Position numbers and translations under genes: made by a program
Shown: one piece after another, positions 44,683-61,795 of the stretch
Position numbering within the stretch: the stretch's first letter is position 1
Layout: every line of letters starts with the position of its first letter
Notes under the pieces: model-generated
The model's database searches: none
The model's input: only the letters and a program-made list of their open reading frames with translations
What the model was told of the DNA's origin: nothing
Origin: the human T2T-CHM13v2.0 reference genome, Homo sapiens
NCBI RefSeq assembly: GCF_009914755.1
Contig: NC_060925.1
Direction: 5' to 3' (one strand)
DNA length: 64,000 nucleotides

Positions 44683-46298
44683 AAGAGAATGATGATGACA
44701 TTCATCATTCATAAACAATGGGAAGTCCAACAATGTCTTGGAGCTGACCTTAGAAGAAGAATGATTTTTCTTTCCCTCCTGACAACTTGAGTCTGTTTGT
44801 AGATGCTTTTCTGAAAAATTCTGGAAGCTTTTACTGTTACTTCTTAATTCTCTATTCAAATATAGAAATCTGAGAGAACTAGTGCCTCTGTATGTCTGAC
44901 AGTGATCAGAAGCCCTATTTCATCAAAACCACTAAGACAATTGAAAATAACATAAGCAAAGTGTTTGATGAGAAGCTCTGGGAACTTGATTCAGTCCGGA
45001 AGCTCTACTGAGCACCTTCTAAGTGCCAGATACTGTGTTAGGCAGTGGGGACATTTGGATGATATAGACAAGGTTCCTGATCTCAGGATGGGCACAGTCT
45101 AGTGACACATAGTGTGGTCATTTCTATCATGCTGGGAGAAAGACTGCCTAGGGCAGTGTTAACAAAAAAGATATGGAACTTGAAGAAGGGAAAGGGGAGA
45201 AGGAAATGTGTTCTGGGTACAGGTATTGAGCAATAAGAGTGTAGGGGAAAGTGGAGGAGTTTGTGGGTACAACTATGAGGAAGAAAGAAGAATGAAAAGA
45301 GCTGATACCCAAGGGAAGATTACTTTATGCTAATGGATTTGAGCTTTTTAAAAGAAAGATTGGATAGTCCATCACAGTCAGTACTCGCATTGCCATCAGA
45401 ATTATAAAACCTCATCAATGATCTTTCTCGACTTAAGGCTCAGGCTTATCCTTCACTCCTCCCACCTTACCTTCTCTGGATCCCCATATCCCCACCTGAG
45501 CATAAGCCATTCTAGCCACAGTAAATTACTTGTAATTAGATGAAAGCACTTTTTCTCTGTTAATTCAGATGTAGTGGCATCTGAATTTGTAATGTGGCAA
45601 CTTGCAGTTCAAGTATGTTTTCCTTTCTTTGCTGGGTCACTTCTCTAGTATTGTATGGCAGCCACTCCAGCTTCCCCTACATTCTCCTTCAGCTTCTCTG
45701 ACTTCTGGGCCAGGTGAGTTTAGTTTTATTGACAAGGGATTCAGCTTCTCCTGCAAAATACCCACATCATCAACATCAATATTGGAAGCAGTAAGAGATG
45801 GACACAATTCTGAGCTTGTGGGTTCTACCTTGTCCTTGGCTCTTCCCATTTCACATACACCTTCCCTCCCAACAGCCTGCCCTGCATATTTCAAGTTCCA
45901 GGATCGGATGTGAAGATGACAGATTTCAGAGACTAGACTACTTATACTGCTCCCACAATTTCATATGGTCAAATCCCCAGTTCTGCTTGTGTAGTTGAGT
46001 CCTGATGGATATATCTGGGATCCATTTTCTTTCCCTCTTTGATCAAGTTGGGTGGGTGTTGCTCCTATATTTTGCCTTAACACCCTGTGATTATACCTTT
46101 CATCGCTTTTATCACACTGTAGTAAAATTATCTATTTCCTTCTCCTTCTGCCTCATAAAATGGAAGTTTCATGAAAGCAACTGTCATATCTTACACTTGG
46201 TTGTGTGCTCTTGGGCTCAATGCCTGGTACCTATATATGCTCAGTGAATACTTGCCAAATGAATGAAATGTTGACAAGACATATTACCTTCACACTTC

Positions 46299-46304
46299 AA
46301 TAAA
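46299..46304 (+). terminator. Candidate polyadenylation signal (first canonical AATAAA after the stop codon)
   Basis: AATAAA with further copies within about 50 bp; closer variant hexamers exist (CATAAA near 44710, AATATA near 44859). Confidence 0.3.
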
Positions 46305-46482
46305 AGTTTTTACATATTTATGAAATGTGGAGTAATAAAAAAGACTAGAAATAAAGAATACATAATTTTAATTTATCCCTTAACCCATATTATTTTATAT
46401 ATCCAGGTGTCCCAGATCTCACCTTTCAAAATTAGGGCAAATTTTCATTCTCACCTAATGAACTAGCAGAATACCTAAAGAG

Positions 46483-46955
46483 GTAGGATGAATAATGACC
46501 TCCCCAAAAATATCCAATTCCTAATCCCTGGAATCTGCAGATATTTTGCTTTACGCAGCAAAAGGAACTTAACAGGTGTGATTAAAAATCTTGAGATGGG
46601 GAGATAACTTTGGATTATCTAGGTGGGCCCAATGTAATCATAGCGTCTTTATAAGAGGAATATGGGAGGTCAGTGAGAAAGGGGATTCTTGAAGATGCTA
46701 CACTTCTTTTTGAAGATGGAGGTAGGGTCCATGAGCCAAAAAAATGCAAAGAATACAGGTCTAGGAGCTGAAAAAGGCAAGGAAATGGACTTCCATAGAA
46801 TTTCCAGTGAGCAAGGGTCCTACAAACATCTTGACTTTGGCCCAGTGAAACCCACTTGGGACACCTGACATCCAGAATTGTATGATAATAAACTCATGTT
46901 GTTTTAAGGCCCTGTTTGTGGTAATTTGCTAGAGCAGCAAAAGGAAATTAATATA
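46483..46955 (+). mobile_element. MLT1C/D-like MaLR solo LTR
   Basis: CCTAATCCCTGGAATCTG...GATTATCTAGGTGGGCCCAATGTAATCA...GATAATAAACTCATGTTGTTTTAAG...GTAATTTGCTAGAGCAGCAAAAGGAAATTAATATA. Confidence 0.85.
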
Positions 46956-49900
46956 CCTGTATTTCTGCAAAACAAAGAAAACCAAATCAGCCAATACCCA
47001 TCAATCAACCAGACAGCAACTGGTATAATGGGCCTTATACAAATGTTGATATTTCTTTAAAAGGTCTGATAATCATATTAGACATGATCTTCATCATCTC
47101 CTGGTTCTCTCTCCTCTTTCTCCTTTCCATATTTTCTCTTCACCCCACATTTTCCTGATTTCTTCAGGATCTCTGAGTTGTTTTCACTTTACTTGGTAAA
47201 ACACTCAACTCTCCAGAGGCTTCAACTCCTACTTAGATACCCAGGTCTTCCATATGCTCTGATGACATAAGAGTATCCCTTCAATAGATTTCATCTTCTT
47301 TAGGAAATAGTTGTGGTTATGAGCGCCTTTCTTCTTGGCACATCACTGTTATTCCCATTTTTGAAAAGTATAATAATCCTTGAAAGCTTCTCCATTGTTT
47401 GCTGGAGTAAGAGAGAAATAGTCAACATGGCCTTTGAGGCCATGCAGGATCTGGCCCTGCATCACTTGCCAGCCTCATGGAACACTCTCCTGCTCACTCT
47501 TTGTGCTCCAGAAACACTGGCTTCCTCAACTCCCCATTCTCCCCATGAATTAGGATCTTCACTCATGTTCTTCCTGTGCCAGAAGCACTCTTCCTTTCCC
47601 CTCACACAGTCAGTTCCTACCCATCCTTCAAAACCCAATTCAGAACTTATTTCCACAGGAAGCGTCTTTGACCCCATATACCTTTGGAGCACTTACCACA
47701 ATAACTAGGATAATTAATGATAGAATAAATTAATGGAAAGGTAATTTATCTGCAGTTAGTTGCCTCTACTCTGGCCCTGTTGCTAAAATGCCAGCTCCAC
47801 AAGATCATGAATTGTGTTTGCTTGATTCACCCCTGTATCCACACAGGCCATAGTAGTATTTAATACATATTCGTCACATGGATAAATGGATAAGTAAACA
47901 GACATAGGAGCAGACTTTCTGATACTAGGTGGCTAGATATGTGTAATGGAAGAGACAGCCTAAGCTTTATTGGGCATACTCTTGTGGCCCATGGTATAGG
48001 AAAGTGGGACACATTTGTTGCAGACTTACTATATGATAAGCACTCTTTGTGTGTCTATTTCATTTCATCCTCACAATAATCCTGAAAAAAAGGTATTTTT
48101 GTTCCTATTGCATAGTTGAAACAATTTCATACACTCTGTTGGCTTTGATATTCATGCAAGGGGAGAAGATTTGAGAGATCCCGGTGAGTTCACTATTCCA
48201 GGAGGATAACTGACCTCCATTTTATACCACAAAATTATGGTGGCACCCTGTCAGAGAAGGAGGTATCCTCCCTCTTAGAGGCCTTCTCTAACTCACATGT
48301 TTCCACAGCACACTCGGCCTAGTGGCTACTGTACCCCAGACACTACAAAGTGCTTTGCTTGTAATATCCGACCTATTCTTCCCAACAATCTTAGCAGCTG
48401 GGTATTATTACTGCTCCCATTTTACTGAAAAGCAATCTGAATATCAGAGAGATTGGGTAAATCATCACATAACTTAAGGAGAGGAGTGCAGAATATTTGA
48501 ACTCAAGGACTCCAGAACAGGATATTTAATCACTATATCACTGAAATTGCCCTTCTATGGATTTGTTTTTCCCACTGGGTATAAACTCGGTTTGCACATT
48601 GGAATCATTTAGACCGATTTAAAAATACATATCAATAAACAGGCTTTAATCCAGACCATTTATATCAGAATATTTGGGCTTGATACCTGGCCATCAGTGT
48701 TTTTTAAGAGTCCTGGTAGATCTAGAGAGAAGTCAGTATTGTGTGTCAGTGTGTTAGTCAGTCCTTAAGATCGGGTTTAGACATTTCTATATCATCAGCA
48801 TCTAGCACTGTGTTTGTCATGTGGGGAAAAACGTCATAAATTTATAATTCATTGGGTGTAGGAACCAATCATTTATTTGTTCACAAACAAACATTAGTTT
48901 AGTTAGGGTAAAGAGACATTGTACTAGGAAATAAGAATATAAAGCATTTCCAGATGCATGATTCTAATAAGATACTCTGTAATAGGTGAGGCAGAGGAGG
49001 GAGAGAGGCTGTTCCCCATTCAAAGAAGATATCTAAATTCTAAAGAGGATTGCTGTTTAGACTGACACATTCGAAATTCCAAGCATCGAACAAAGTAAAA
49101 ACTAAAAGTTTAATAGACTTGCATCAATTTGTTTAGTTTCCAGTTTATTTTGTTTTTTTTTTGCAACATCAAAATAACCACTGATGCCAAGTTGATAAAT
49201 ACTGAAGCATGTCCATGGTCCTGAGGTGGCACCTTGCAATAATGACTTGAGTAGAATAGGAAGGCACATGGATAGAGAATGGATATTCTGGCAGGGCAGT
49301 GTCCTGATAGCCCAATACAACATTTTCATAATACATGAGAAACATTGGCTTGATGCAGAGGCCAGTACTATGACGGTTCCCTCTTGAGAAAATATTTAAA
49401 AAACCTAGACTTGAATTGTGGAGACATGGGTTTGAGTTCTAGCTTCTCTGCTTACTAGCTGGAAGCCTTAGGTAATTAATTTTGTTTATTTTTCTATGAT
49501 ATGGAGTTAATATTCCCCCAGAGCATGCACAGGATTATTGTGAAGTTTTAATGGGATAATTATATAGAATTATATAGTTTTAAGTAATCCTTTTTGTAAG
49601 AGAATGAAGAACATAGCTCTTCCACACCACCATAATGTTTGAGGAAGATAACAGTCTCATCCAATTACTGCTCTCAGCTTCAATTCTGTGACCTCTGGGT
49701 AGCATGCTATTCCTTAGTCAGATGTGTCTTGTCATGATCTAGCGCACTATACAATGGCAAAACTCTTCCATTGGACTGACAAGCTGGTATTCTGATCCAT
49801 TTTTTTTATGGTGCTGAAAATGATGATTCTATAGTAGGTTGAATTACTGTAATAATTTTAACAATAAAATTTGTGATAGATATTGGCTAAGTCCTTAGCA

Positions 49901-50352
49901 ATTCTTTATTCTTTACTGATACATTAGAAGAGGAGATTTACCAGACTGCCTTGCAGTTAGGTTGGCCAACTGACTCATTCTGGGCAGTCAAATGTGAGTG
50001 AGAGTGATAAGTGTCACTTCTATGTCTAGGTGGATAAGTACTAGATGCTCTCACTCCTCCCCTTCTGTATCAGAGGCCATTTGTTAAAGATGATGGCATC
50101 ACACAATGAAAGGATTTGGTATCCTTGAGAACAGCTTCTCAGGCAAAATGTCCAATCCACATCAGACTATTGTATAAGGACTGGAGGTAATGTTGCACCC
50201 ATTTTGAGAGAATACTATGTGCCACAGTACATAGCTCATAGCTTTATAGAGTTAAGAAAACCAACCGCTTCTATACATCAAGCAGAAGGCATTCCAAGTA
50301 GAAGATTAGGACATAAAACCAGTGCTACTGTAATACAAAAACATAAATTACC

Positions 50353-50692
<340 letters not shown>

Positions 50693-52464
50693 TCAAATCA
50701 TAATGATATACATCTTGAATATATGCAGTCTTTATCAATTAAATATTTTAAAGTTAAAAATGCTTTCAAATGCTCTTCCATGTATACCTTTATCATCATA
50801 TCTTATGGTAAAGGGATGGATTATTTAGCATCCAATATTTAATATAAACACATTAGAATAAAGTTCAGTCTTTTAAGGAGAAAAAGCAGGAAGCTGCTAT
50901 GACAGATGGGATTAAGAGTACTGTCATTTTTTCAAATTTCTTTACAACATGAGCCTTCTAAAAAGCTAGCGCAAAAACTAGTATGTCGGTAAATAGGGAT
51001 TTTCAGGTATGGAATGTGTCTTTACAAGATCCCTGGCTGTTGTTTCTTATGTGTAGATATGACTGGAAGCAAACAGATAGCAAGCATTCTAAATTTTGAT
51101 TCCATACATTGGTCAAAGAAACGCCATACCTGACCTACAACAGTTGGCAATTGCTAAAATAATCTCAGAGAACCCAAATTCACACCAAAAGAAGTAAAAT
51201 TTAACAGCTGAACAAACTCCTAGAAGTACCTCCTTCATACTCCCCAACTTGAAAAGGAAAGATTCAGGTCCACGGAGGACAATAGACAAGGGTGGTTCTT
51301 CCAGAAAACAGAACCAGGGGTTGCCAGGTTGCCCAACTAAATATTCACTCTGCTGCTGGGGCCCAGAGTTACCATCCCTGCCTGGCAGGATTTGACGATA
51401 TCTATGAACCGGTGATCACCGTCTTCCCGTCTTCCTCTTTTCTGAATGGTAGTTTTTCCTGCATTTATCCTGTTTCTTCTCCGCCATTATATATAGAATG
51501 CGTTAAAGGTAGATAGCATTTTTTCTTCCTGCCTAGATGTAGTAGCACCATCAGAAAGAGAAGGAACCATCTTCTGACTACCCTGAGGAGGATAAAGACA
51601 AAGGAGCTTGAGCCCCATTGGCACATTAAAGCCATGCATTAGCCCTGCATTCCTAACACCAGAATTTCTTGTTATGTGAGAAAAATTACACTCCTTTTTT
51701 AAGCTGTTGGTTTTCATTTCTGTTACTTTCAGCCTAACGTAATTAGGCTGAAAACACCATACCATCTCTAACTGGTATGCTGTTGGTTTTCTGTACTCAT
51801 AGCCAAATCCTTTACTATTAAAATACTATATTTCATCGGCTCAACATTAAGACGCACCCTCATTTTATGTAACAAAAAGAGAAGAAAACATTCTGCCAAT
51901 TAAAACTATAATATAGCATTGATTATAAGATGTCGCTATTTCAGAGATGTTAAGATATGATTTGATTAAATAAATTAAGTAGAGTTACAATTTGAGCCCT
52001 TTGCTCAAAAATAAAATAAACATATATATTGGCATAGACAGAAAACTTTGGAAATATACACAAAAGCCATTAATAGTGATTGCCTTTGGGGAGTAAAAAT
52101 GAAGGATATAGGATATAATACTTATTTTGACTTTTTGCTTTTTATTACATTATAAGCAACTTTTATGAGTAATCCAAGCCAGAAGTAAGCACTATGAAAC
52201 GGGCATTCAATTTTGTCCACCACTGTAATCCTAAATTCAAGAACGATGCCTGTCATCTGGCACTCAAATATATGCTGATTCAATGAATGCTTTTAAACAA
52301 GTCACTGTCATTGAAAAGGAAATAAGAAGTCATCTGATTTCTCATCACTAATCGACGAGCTCTGTTGTAATAAGAGCTATGTCATATTTGTCACTGAATC
52401 TTCAGCACTTTGCACAAAACCCTGGAACTATATAAACATTTTCAAAATTTAAAAAGCATGTTAT

Positions 52465-52796
<332 letters not shown>

Positions 52797-53247
52797 TTAT
52801 ATTACATATGTTGAGTGTGAAGTAGTGATTTGGAGTAGTCTCTTGACTTAATAAAAGTAGGCTATCAGGAAAAATTGGTTTGATGGCTATCTGCTGGAGG
52901 TTGCCAGCAGAAGAAAGGAGAGTGTAGTCAGGAAAGCCAGCTACACTGCCACTATGATATTGAAAGCAAGGTTGCATGAGGGCTTCTATCAAGACTGTGA
53001 CAACAGGAATGACAGGTGGGACTTTGCATTTCCTTGGCATGTTGAACATTTCAAAATACAATATTATATCTATTACAAAAATCAACATCCCACTCTGTCC
53101 TCCAACACCCATAAGGACAGAGTAAGTTGCAAAAATTGAATCCTCAAATAATTAAATTACCGATATTCTCATTGGAGAGTTGTGATAAAATTAGCAATTT
53201 TGTCGTATGCTCTGTTTTCAGTAGACTCTTCTGATTCCTCCTCAATG

Positions 53248-54091
53248 TGTAAACAAAAAATAGAATTCCAAGTCCCCCAGTTGTCTTAATGGACCCCCTC
53301 TTGGCCAAGGGAACCCCGAAGAAACCTTAAAGACTTGTTCAAGCCATGATGGAAAGTGGAAGGTCAGACATGCCTCATTGTTCACTCCTCTCTTTGGAGT
53401 TTAGATGCAACTAACTAGCAAACTCAAGACTGACAAAACAGACTCCATAGCAATAAAACAATTCCAACCTGACTCTGATATACATGACAGATAACAGGCT
53501 CTGAAGGAAAATAAGTATTCTACTCCAAAATATATTTATTTGACAAATTCTGAAATGGCCCTGAAAATCTGTCTCTTGTGGGGAAGATTTGCATTCTGTA
53601 GAGAGTCTCTTTCCCTTACTGTTTTTTTTTTTTTTTTTTTTTGAGAGTCTGACACCTTTTACGTTCTGATAAGAGACATTCGCCATCTATTCCCTCTGAA
53701 GCTTGCTACTTGGAGGCTTCATCTCTATGACAAGAACCTTGGTTACCACAAACCCTTTATCTAAACTCAAGCATTTCTTTATGCTGAGTTCAAGTCTTCA
53801 TGTGGAGCTTAACTCTTCCACCCAATTGCCAATCAGAACAGCTCTGAATCCACCTATGACCTGGAAGCCCACCTCTCCCACCCATTCAAGATGTCCCACC
53901 TTTCCAGGCCAAACCAGTGTATACCTTACATGTATTGATTTATGTCTTTGCCTTTAATTCCTGTCTCCCTAAAATGTATACACCATGTTCTCAGGACCTC
54001 CTGAGGCTGTATCATTGGCCATGGTCCTTAACCTTGGCAAAATAAAATTCTAAATTGATTGAGTCCTGTCTCAGATACTTTTTGGTTTACA
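53248..54091 (+). mobile_element. ERV1 MER4-group solo LTR
   Basis: TGTAAACAAAAAA...TTTTTGGTTTACA termini, AATAAA near the 3' end, 4-bp TSD AATG at 53244-53247 and 54092-54095. Confidence 0.9.
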
Positions 54092-54205
54092 AATGGGACC
54101 TTCTCTGTACCTCTTCCTCTACCACCTTACAGTGACATCGAAATCAATCTAGTCAAACTGTGAATCTACACTTTGGAAAAAGAATGGTAAGAAATATTCC
54201 TTTTA

Positions 54206-54592
54206 GGCCAGGCACTGTGGCTCACACCTGTAATCCCAGCCCTCTGGGAGGCTGAGGCAGGTGGATCGCTTGAGCCCAGTTCAAGACCAACCTGGGAAAC
54301 ATGGTGAAACTCCTTCTCTACAAAAAATACAAAAATTAGCCAAGCATGGTGGCATGTGCCTGTGGTCCCATCTACTCAGGAAGCTGAGGTGGGAGGATCA
54401 CCTAAGCCCGTGGTGGTTGAGACTGCAGTGAGCCATGATTTCACCACTGCACTCCAGCCTGGGCAACAGAGTAAAACGTTGTGGGAAAGAAAGAAAGAAA
54501 AAGAAAAGAAAAGAAAAAGAAAAAAGAAAGGGAGGAAAGGAAAGAAAAAAAAGGAAGGAAGGAAGGTGAGAAGGGAGGGAGGGAGGGAGGGA
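54206..54592 (+). mobile_element. AluJ with expanded GA-rich tail
   Basis: GGATCGCTTGAGCCCAG, GAGGTGGGAGGATCAC; tail converted to (GAAA)/(GGAA)/(GGGA)n. Confidence 0.9.
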
Positions 54593-56044
54593 CTCTTTTA
54601 GGAAGTTCTTAGTCAAAGAATGTAGAAACCACAGTTCTATAATATTAATATATTGGTTTGAATTGAATTGCTACTTAGAAATATATTTATGAGGCCAAGA
54701 GTTACTAAGTTATTCCACAATGTCAGATAATTTAGTTCCTGGTATTTTGGGGTCCCATTTACAGCTTGATTTCTGTTACTGTCTTTTTTCCCTTCCTTTT
54801 ATTCTCTTCTTTTACCACTTATGTATATGAAAAATGTCTCAAGGTAAAATTTTCCTTCAGGACGTCAGTTATAGAGGAAGGCCTCCCATCAGGGAGTTAT
54901 AATTGTAGTCAAGAGTAGTTTTCTAAAAAGAGAGGAAAAAAGCCTTTTTAATAGAGGGTAATGGGTGACTGGAAGAATAATTCTAAGCAATAGAAGTTGT
55001 CTGGGCTGGCAGTGGCTTTAAATAAGCAAGACGTTCATTGCTGTAAACAAGCTAGGGAAGGGGTTTCACAGTGTGCTTCAACAAGATACAGAGGATATAA
55101 ATCAATAGGGCCTGACAGCCACACAAATTAATGACATAAATCATGAGTATTTTAGTTCATTTCTTGATAATAAAATGTCCATCACTTTACAGATATATTT
55201 ACTAAAACAATTCATAGAGTAACCTTGACCATGAAATATTCTCTAATTACTCCAGAAAAGTTTCCAGTAAACGGAACCCATGCATTCAGAGGAACTTACA
55301 GGTATTTCAAACATGGATTAACTCTTTACCAAATGAAGAAATATTTTTAAAATATTTTTCTGTCAAAGCATTAACGTTGACTTCTAAAAATTCTTTGCAA
55401 TGTTTTAATTTGTTTAGCCACAATTAGAAAGTACCAGACACCTGCCCAGCTCTGCAGTTCCCAAGTTTCCCTACTCCCTTCCCCAGATATGGTAGGTTTC
55501 TATGTCTAATTTGTACATAGTAGTTAACTTTTATTGAGCTCTTCCAAAGAGCTAAGCATTCTATCTGTATCCTATAATTTAACTGCCCACAGCATTTAAT
55601 TGCCACATCAAAATATAGGGAAGGAAAAGTCACAGGAAGATAATGTTTTGTAGGGCAAATAAATCAGATGTTTCAGAGAACGTTTTTTCTCTTAATAGGC
55701 TTATACGGGCCTATATTTATGCACCTCAGGCTTCAGAGATTTTATTTTACGGCTTGAAATTAAAAGACACTTTCACATTTATTATTTCACATGATAGTTT
55801 TTGTTCTAAAAGATATGTACAGAGTACCTTGTAAACTGACCTCGCAATTGCCACCAAAACTGTTAAATTTGTTTTTTATAACACTATAAAATTGGTTTTA
55901 AATTATTTGTCTTTATATTGCATGCTTTACTGTCTTTGCATCTAGTGACTTTCCCATCCTTACCATTTCAGCCTCCACTCCCGTAGCCACACCCTGGACC
56001 ATGTAGAATTACTCCACTACTGATAGCTTAAATTCAAGCAATCC

Positions 56045-56665
<621 letters not shown>

Positions 56666-57413
56666 ACACCTTCATTCCTACCACATCTCATCTTTCACTT
56701 TACTGCGAAGATTCAGACCTTTAAACCCTGTTGTCAAATCTTCATTGCCTTCTTGCATGGCTTAGGACTCTTGTCTTTCACTTCAGCTGCCACCCTCAGA
56801 AAAAAAGCTGCTACCCCACCATCCCCCTTCCTTTGAACCTATCTAGGAAAACTCTAACCTTAGATGAATTCACCTACTTTACTTCCTTCTCTGCTCCTAG
56901 ATTACACTGCTCCCTGAGAAACATTACACATGCATGCAGAATGCTGCTATTGCCCATGAAGAAGTCCTGGTCTATTAGAAATCTGTGTTCCTCAACCCCA
57001 ATCAGACCTTGATACCCCAGGCAAGCCTTATAGGTAGTTCCTGCCTTTATTTAACACTCCTGAAATCTACTACTTGACGACTTGCCCACTCATTCTCAGC
57101 AGATGACTTTGCTCCCTACATTATAGACAAAAATAGAAGCCATCATCTAGGAAATTCCTCAACTCCACCATGCCTCTTTCTTTGAACCCAGCCCACCCAT
57201 ATTTGCCTCTACTCCCTTTCTTACTACCTATTCTATCAGACTGCAGATCTATTTGATTCCAAAATTCATGTGTTCTATTTATATTGGGGATGGGTACTGC
57301 AGAGGCAGCAGGAAATGAGGAGAAAGAAGAAGCTAGCAAAGTAATTCTTTCTGGTACATAGTCAAGCATAAAAATTACATAAAATATTGTGTTATTTTAA
57401 CTCAAAGTCTGAT

Positions 57414-57718
57414 TGATATGGTTTTGCTGTGTCCCCACCCAAATCTCATCTTGAATTCCCACATGTTGTGGGAGGGACCCAGTGGGAGGTAATTGAATCA
57501 TGAGGGCAGGACTTTCCCATGCTGTCCTCATTATAGTGAATAAATCTCATGAGATCTGATGGTTCTATAAGGGGGAGTTTCCCTGCACAAGCTCTCTTTT
57601 TGCCTAGTGTCATGATTAGGCTTCCTCAGCCACGTATAAGTCCATTAAATGTCTTTCTTTTGTAAATTGCCCAGTTTCAGGTATGTCTTTATCAGCAACA
57701 TGAAAACAGACTAATACA
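57414..57718 (+). mobile_element. THE1 (MaLR) solo LTR with internal deletion
   Basis: TGATATGGTTTTGCTGTGTCCCCACCCAAATCTCATCTTGAATTCCCAC...AAAACAGACTAATACA. Confidence 0.9.
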
Positions 57719-58461
57719 CTTGTATTTATTAATTTTGCTTTATAAAATTTTAGTATAAAATTATATGCCATCAAGCTTTATTAAAATATGTAGGTTTCTT
57801 CTTTCCTAAGAGGCTATCGGAAGTTCTTATAAAAGTTACAAGTGAAATTAAAAAACTAAAGCTTATCTTAAGGAGTTGAGCAATGTGGGATGGCAGGGGG
57901 TCGGGGGAGGGGCATGAGTTATGCATCATATGCACTTGAAACAGATGTCTACTGGGTGGCTGCCCCAGAAGAATCATTTTTAGTTCCAAGGTCCAAGCCT
58001 GTTAGACTACGTATCAATTGTGCAAAGCTTGGATGAAGATTCAAGGCCTTCCTGGCACATTCTTCAAGGCCCTTTCTTTTTCACCTCTTTATCTAGTTCC
58101 TAACTTTTCTTAAACATATAAAAATATTTCAATATATTCAATAGTTCCTTGTACTCAATTTTTCTCAGTAGTGATCACATGTGAATCACATTTTATCTGC
58201 AGTATAGACAGCAGCTTAAGGATGTAGACATGAAATAATTTAACTGAACCATTTCATTAGAAATTTTTTTAACTCAGAAGTTCAGCTGCAAACGTGGAGG
58301 AGTTTTTAGATTACATATGTGGGGTTTTATCAATATCTTATATGTATTTTTAATGCAAAAATCTTCACAACCAAAAAGAGACATTGGTTTTTAAACAGTA
58401 ATCATACGTTACTGCAGATCTATGTATCACTAACCTATGAAAAATCTGGCACGCTTTCTGA

Positions 58462-59971
<1,510 letters not shown>

Positions 59972-61669
59972 TCCCTTAGATGTTCACATTTTTTATTGAT
60001 TCTTTTTCATCCTGAAAGTTCTTTCTATTCATTTCTCTTCAACTTGTACATATTCAGTGTTTATTTTCAAGGCTACAGCCCTGTCAAAGAGTATTAAAAA
60101 CCCAGAAAAAATATCTCAAATGGCTCTTCCACACCTGTCACAGAGCAATCCCAGGACCCCACATGCAGATTCCTCAGGCTAATACCACCACACTGTCCCT
60201 AGTGCCTTTCCATTTTAAATACCTTACGTGTGATATCTTATTTTATTCTTACAACAATAGCCTGAGGCACATTGAAATTGATGAGGAACCTGAAGTCTAG
60301 GGATTCCAAGTGACTTGTTCATGATTAGCAAAATAGTTAGTGGGGAGAGTTAAGTCTTTCAACTCTAACTTCTAGTATTCAGTCAACTATATTAATATGT
60401 CTCTAATTTGAAATTTATTATAACTATTCTTTTTCATTGGGGTGATATCTTTAACTGGCACATTGTTAAATAATAAAGAGTAGCACAGTTCTAGACTCTA
60501 AACTCCCAATGGAATATCTGGATCAGGTCTACCATTTATTCTTATAAGTTAGAAAGTCAACAATTATGGTTGGAGAGAAGTTTTATTTCGATATCCCAGA
60601 AATGAGTTAGGACCAGAGATGTGAGAACCAGAGAAGGCCAGAAAATGGAAATACTAACCAAGCATTATGTATACTTATCTGATTTTTTTTTTTAACTTTT
60701 CAGCTATCTGTAGTGGTAGTCTGACTAAAACAAAAAGACATTTCAAAAATTAAAATTCTTAGACATAAGTCTACTTATTCTTTACAATCCAGTTTCATAA
60801 ACGAATTCTTATCAGAGTCATGGTCTCCCTCTATTTCTGAAATAAGGTATTTGATTCAGCTCCCTTATATACTTTTATGGCACTCAATTGCTGGGGGATA
60901 TTGAGAGGTATCTGCCAGTCTACACACCCTAGGTCTAATCTCTGTAGCTCACTTATAGCTTCAAATATGTATCACTTAAAAATATTTTCATTATATAAAT
61001 TCTTTTCAAATACACATTCAAAATATATATATATATATTCAAAGCATTATATAAACAAAGTTTGAGTAATGAAGATGGGATGTCACAGAAGCCAAAACCC
61101 AACTGTGGGGAGAGACTAAACATCCCTGGCATTAGTGCTACTCTGTATCTCATATATTAACTCTGCTCACCACAAACTCCCATCTCTTCTCTTCATCAAT
61201 CTTTTAGTATTTCTACCCTAAATCAATTGAAATTTTTATTGAGCACTTTTTTTGTGATTGGCACTAGGAATGCTCCATGCTTGGCATTAGGAATAGTACC
61301 ATGAATGTAAGATGTATTCGCTTTCTTCAAAGAGTTTAAAAGGCAATTGAAAAAACAAGACATGCATAGAAAATTAAGTAATAACACAAGAGATCATAAT
61401 AATGCAATGCAAAACAACAAGCAAGGTAGTATATAAAAAGTGGCCATAAGTTAGGGAGAGAGAGAAAAAAAACTGGCATTTCTGAGAACCTATTTTATGA
61501 CAAGTTCTGTACAAAGTGGCTTTATAGATTATTGCATTTCTAGATGGAAACAAGCTTCGTTAATCAGCATTATATAAATGATGTTGTTTCCCTGAGTTTT
61601 ATCTATTTGAGATTTCTGGATCCTGAGTGTAATAGAAAGGATTCATTTAATGTAGGAATTTACTACTAT

Positions 61670-61795
61670 AACACAATCCTATTAATATCTTCATTTTATG
61701 AAACAGAAAATTGAAGCTCAGAAAGATTAAATAATTTACCTAAGGTCAAACATCCAGTAGGTGGCAGAAGCAACTTTTAAATTCTAAACTCCATG
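61670..61795. mobile_element. MIR; similar relics at about 60230-60380 and 62570-62715
   Basis: CATTTTATGAAACAGAAAATTGAAGCTCAGAAAGATTAAATAATTTACCTAAGGTCAAACATCCAGTAGGTGGCAGA. Confidence 0.7.

Noticed and set aside
45602-45913. Overlapping 103-aa (+) and 85-aa (-) ORFs downstream of the gene
   Set aside because: No recognisable domain or convincing splice sites; surrounded by L2/MaLR-like relics.
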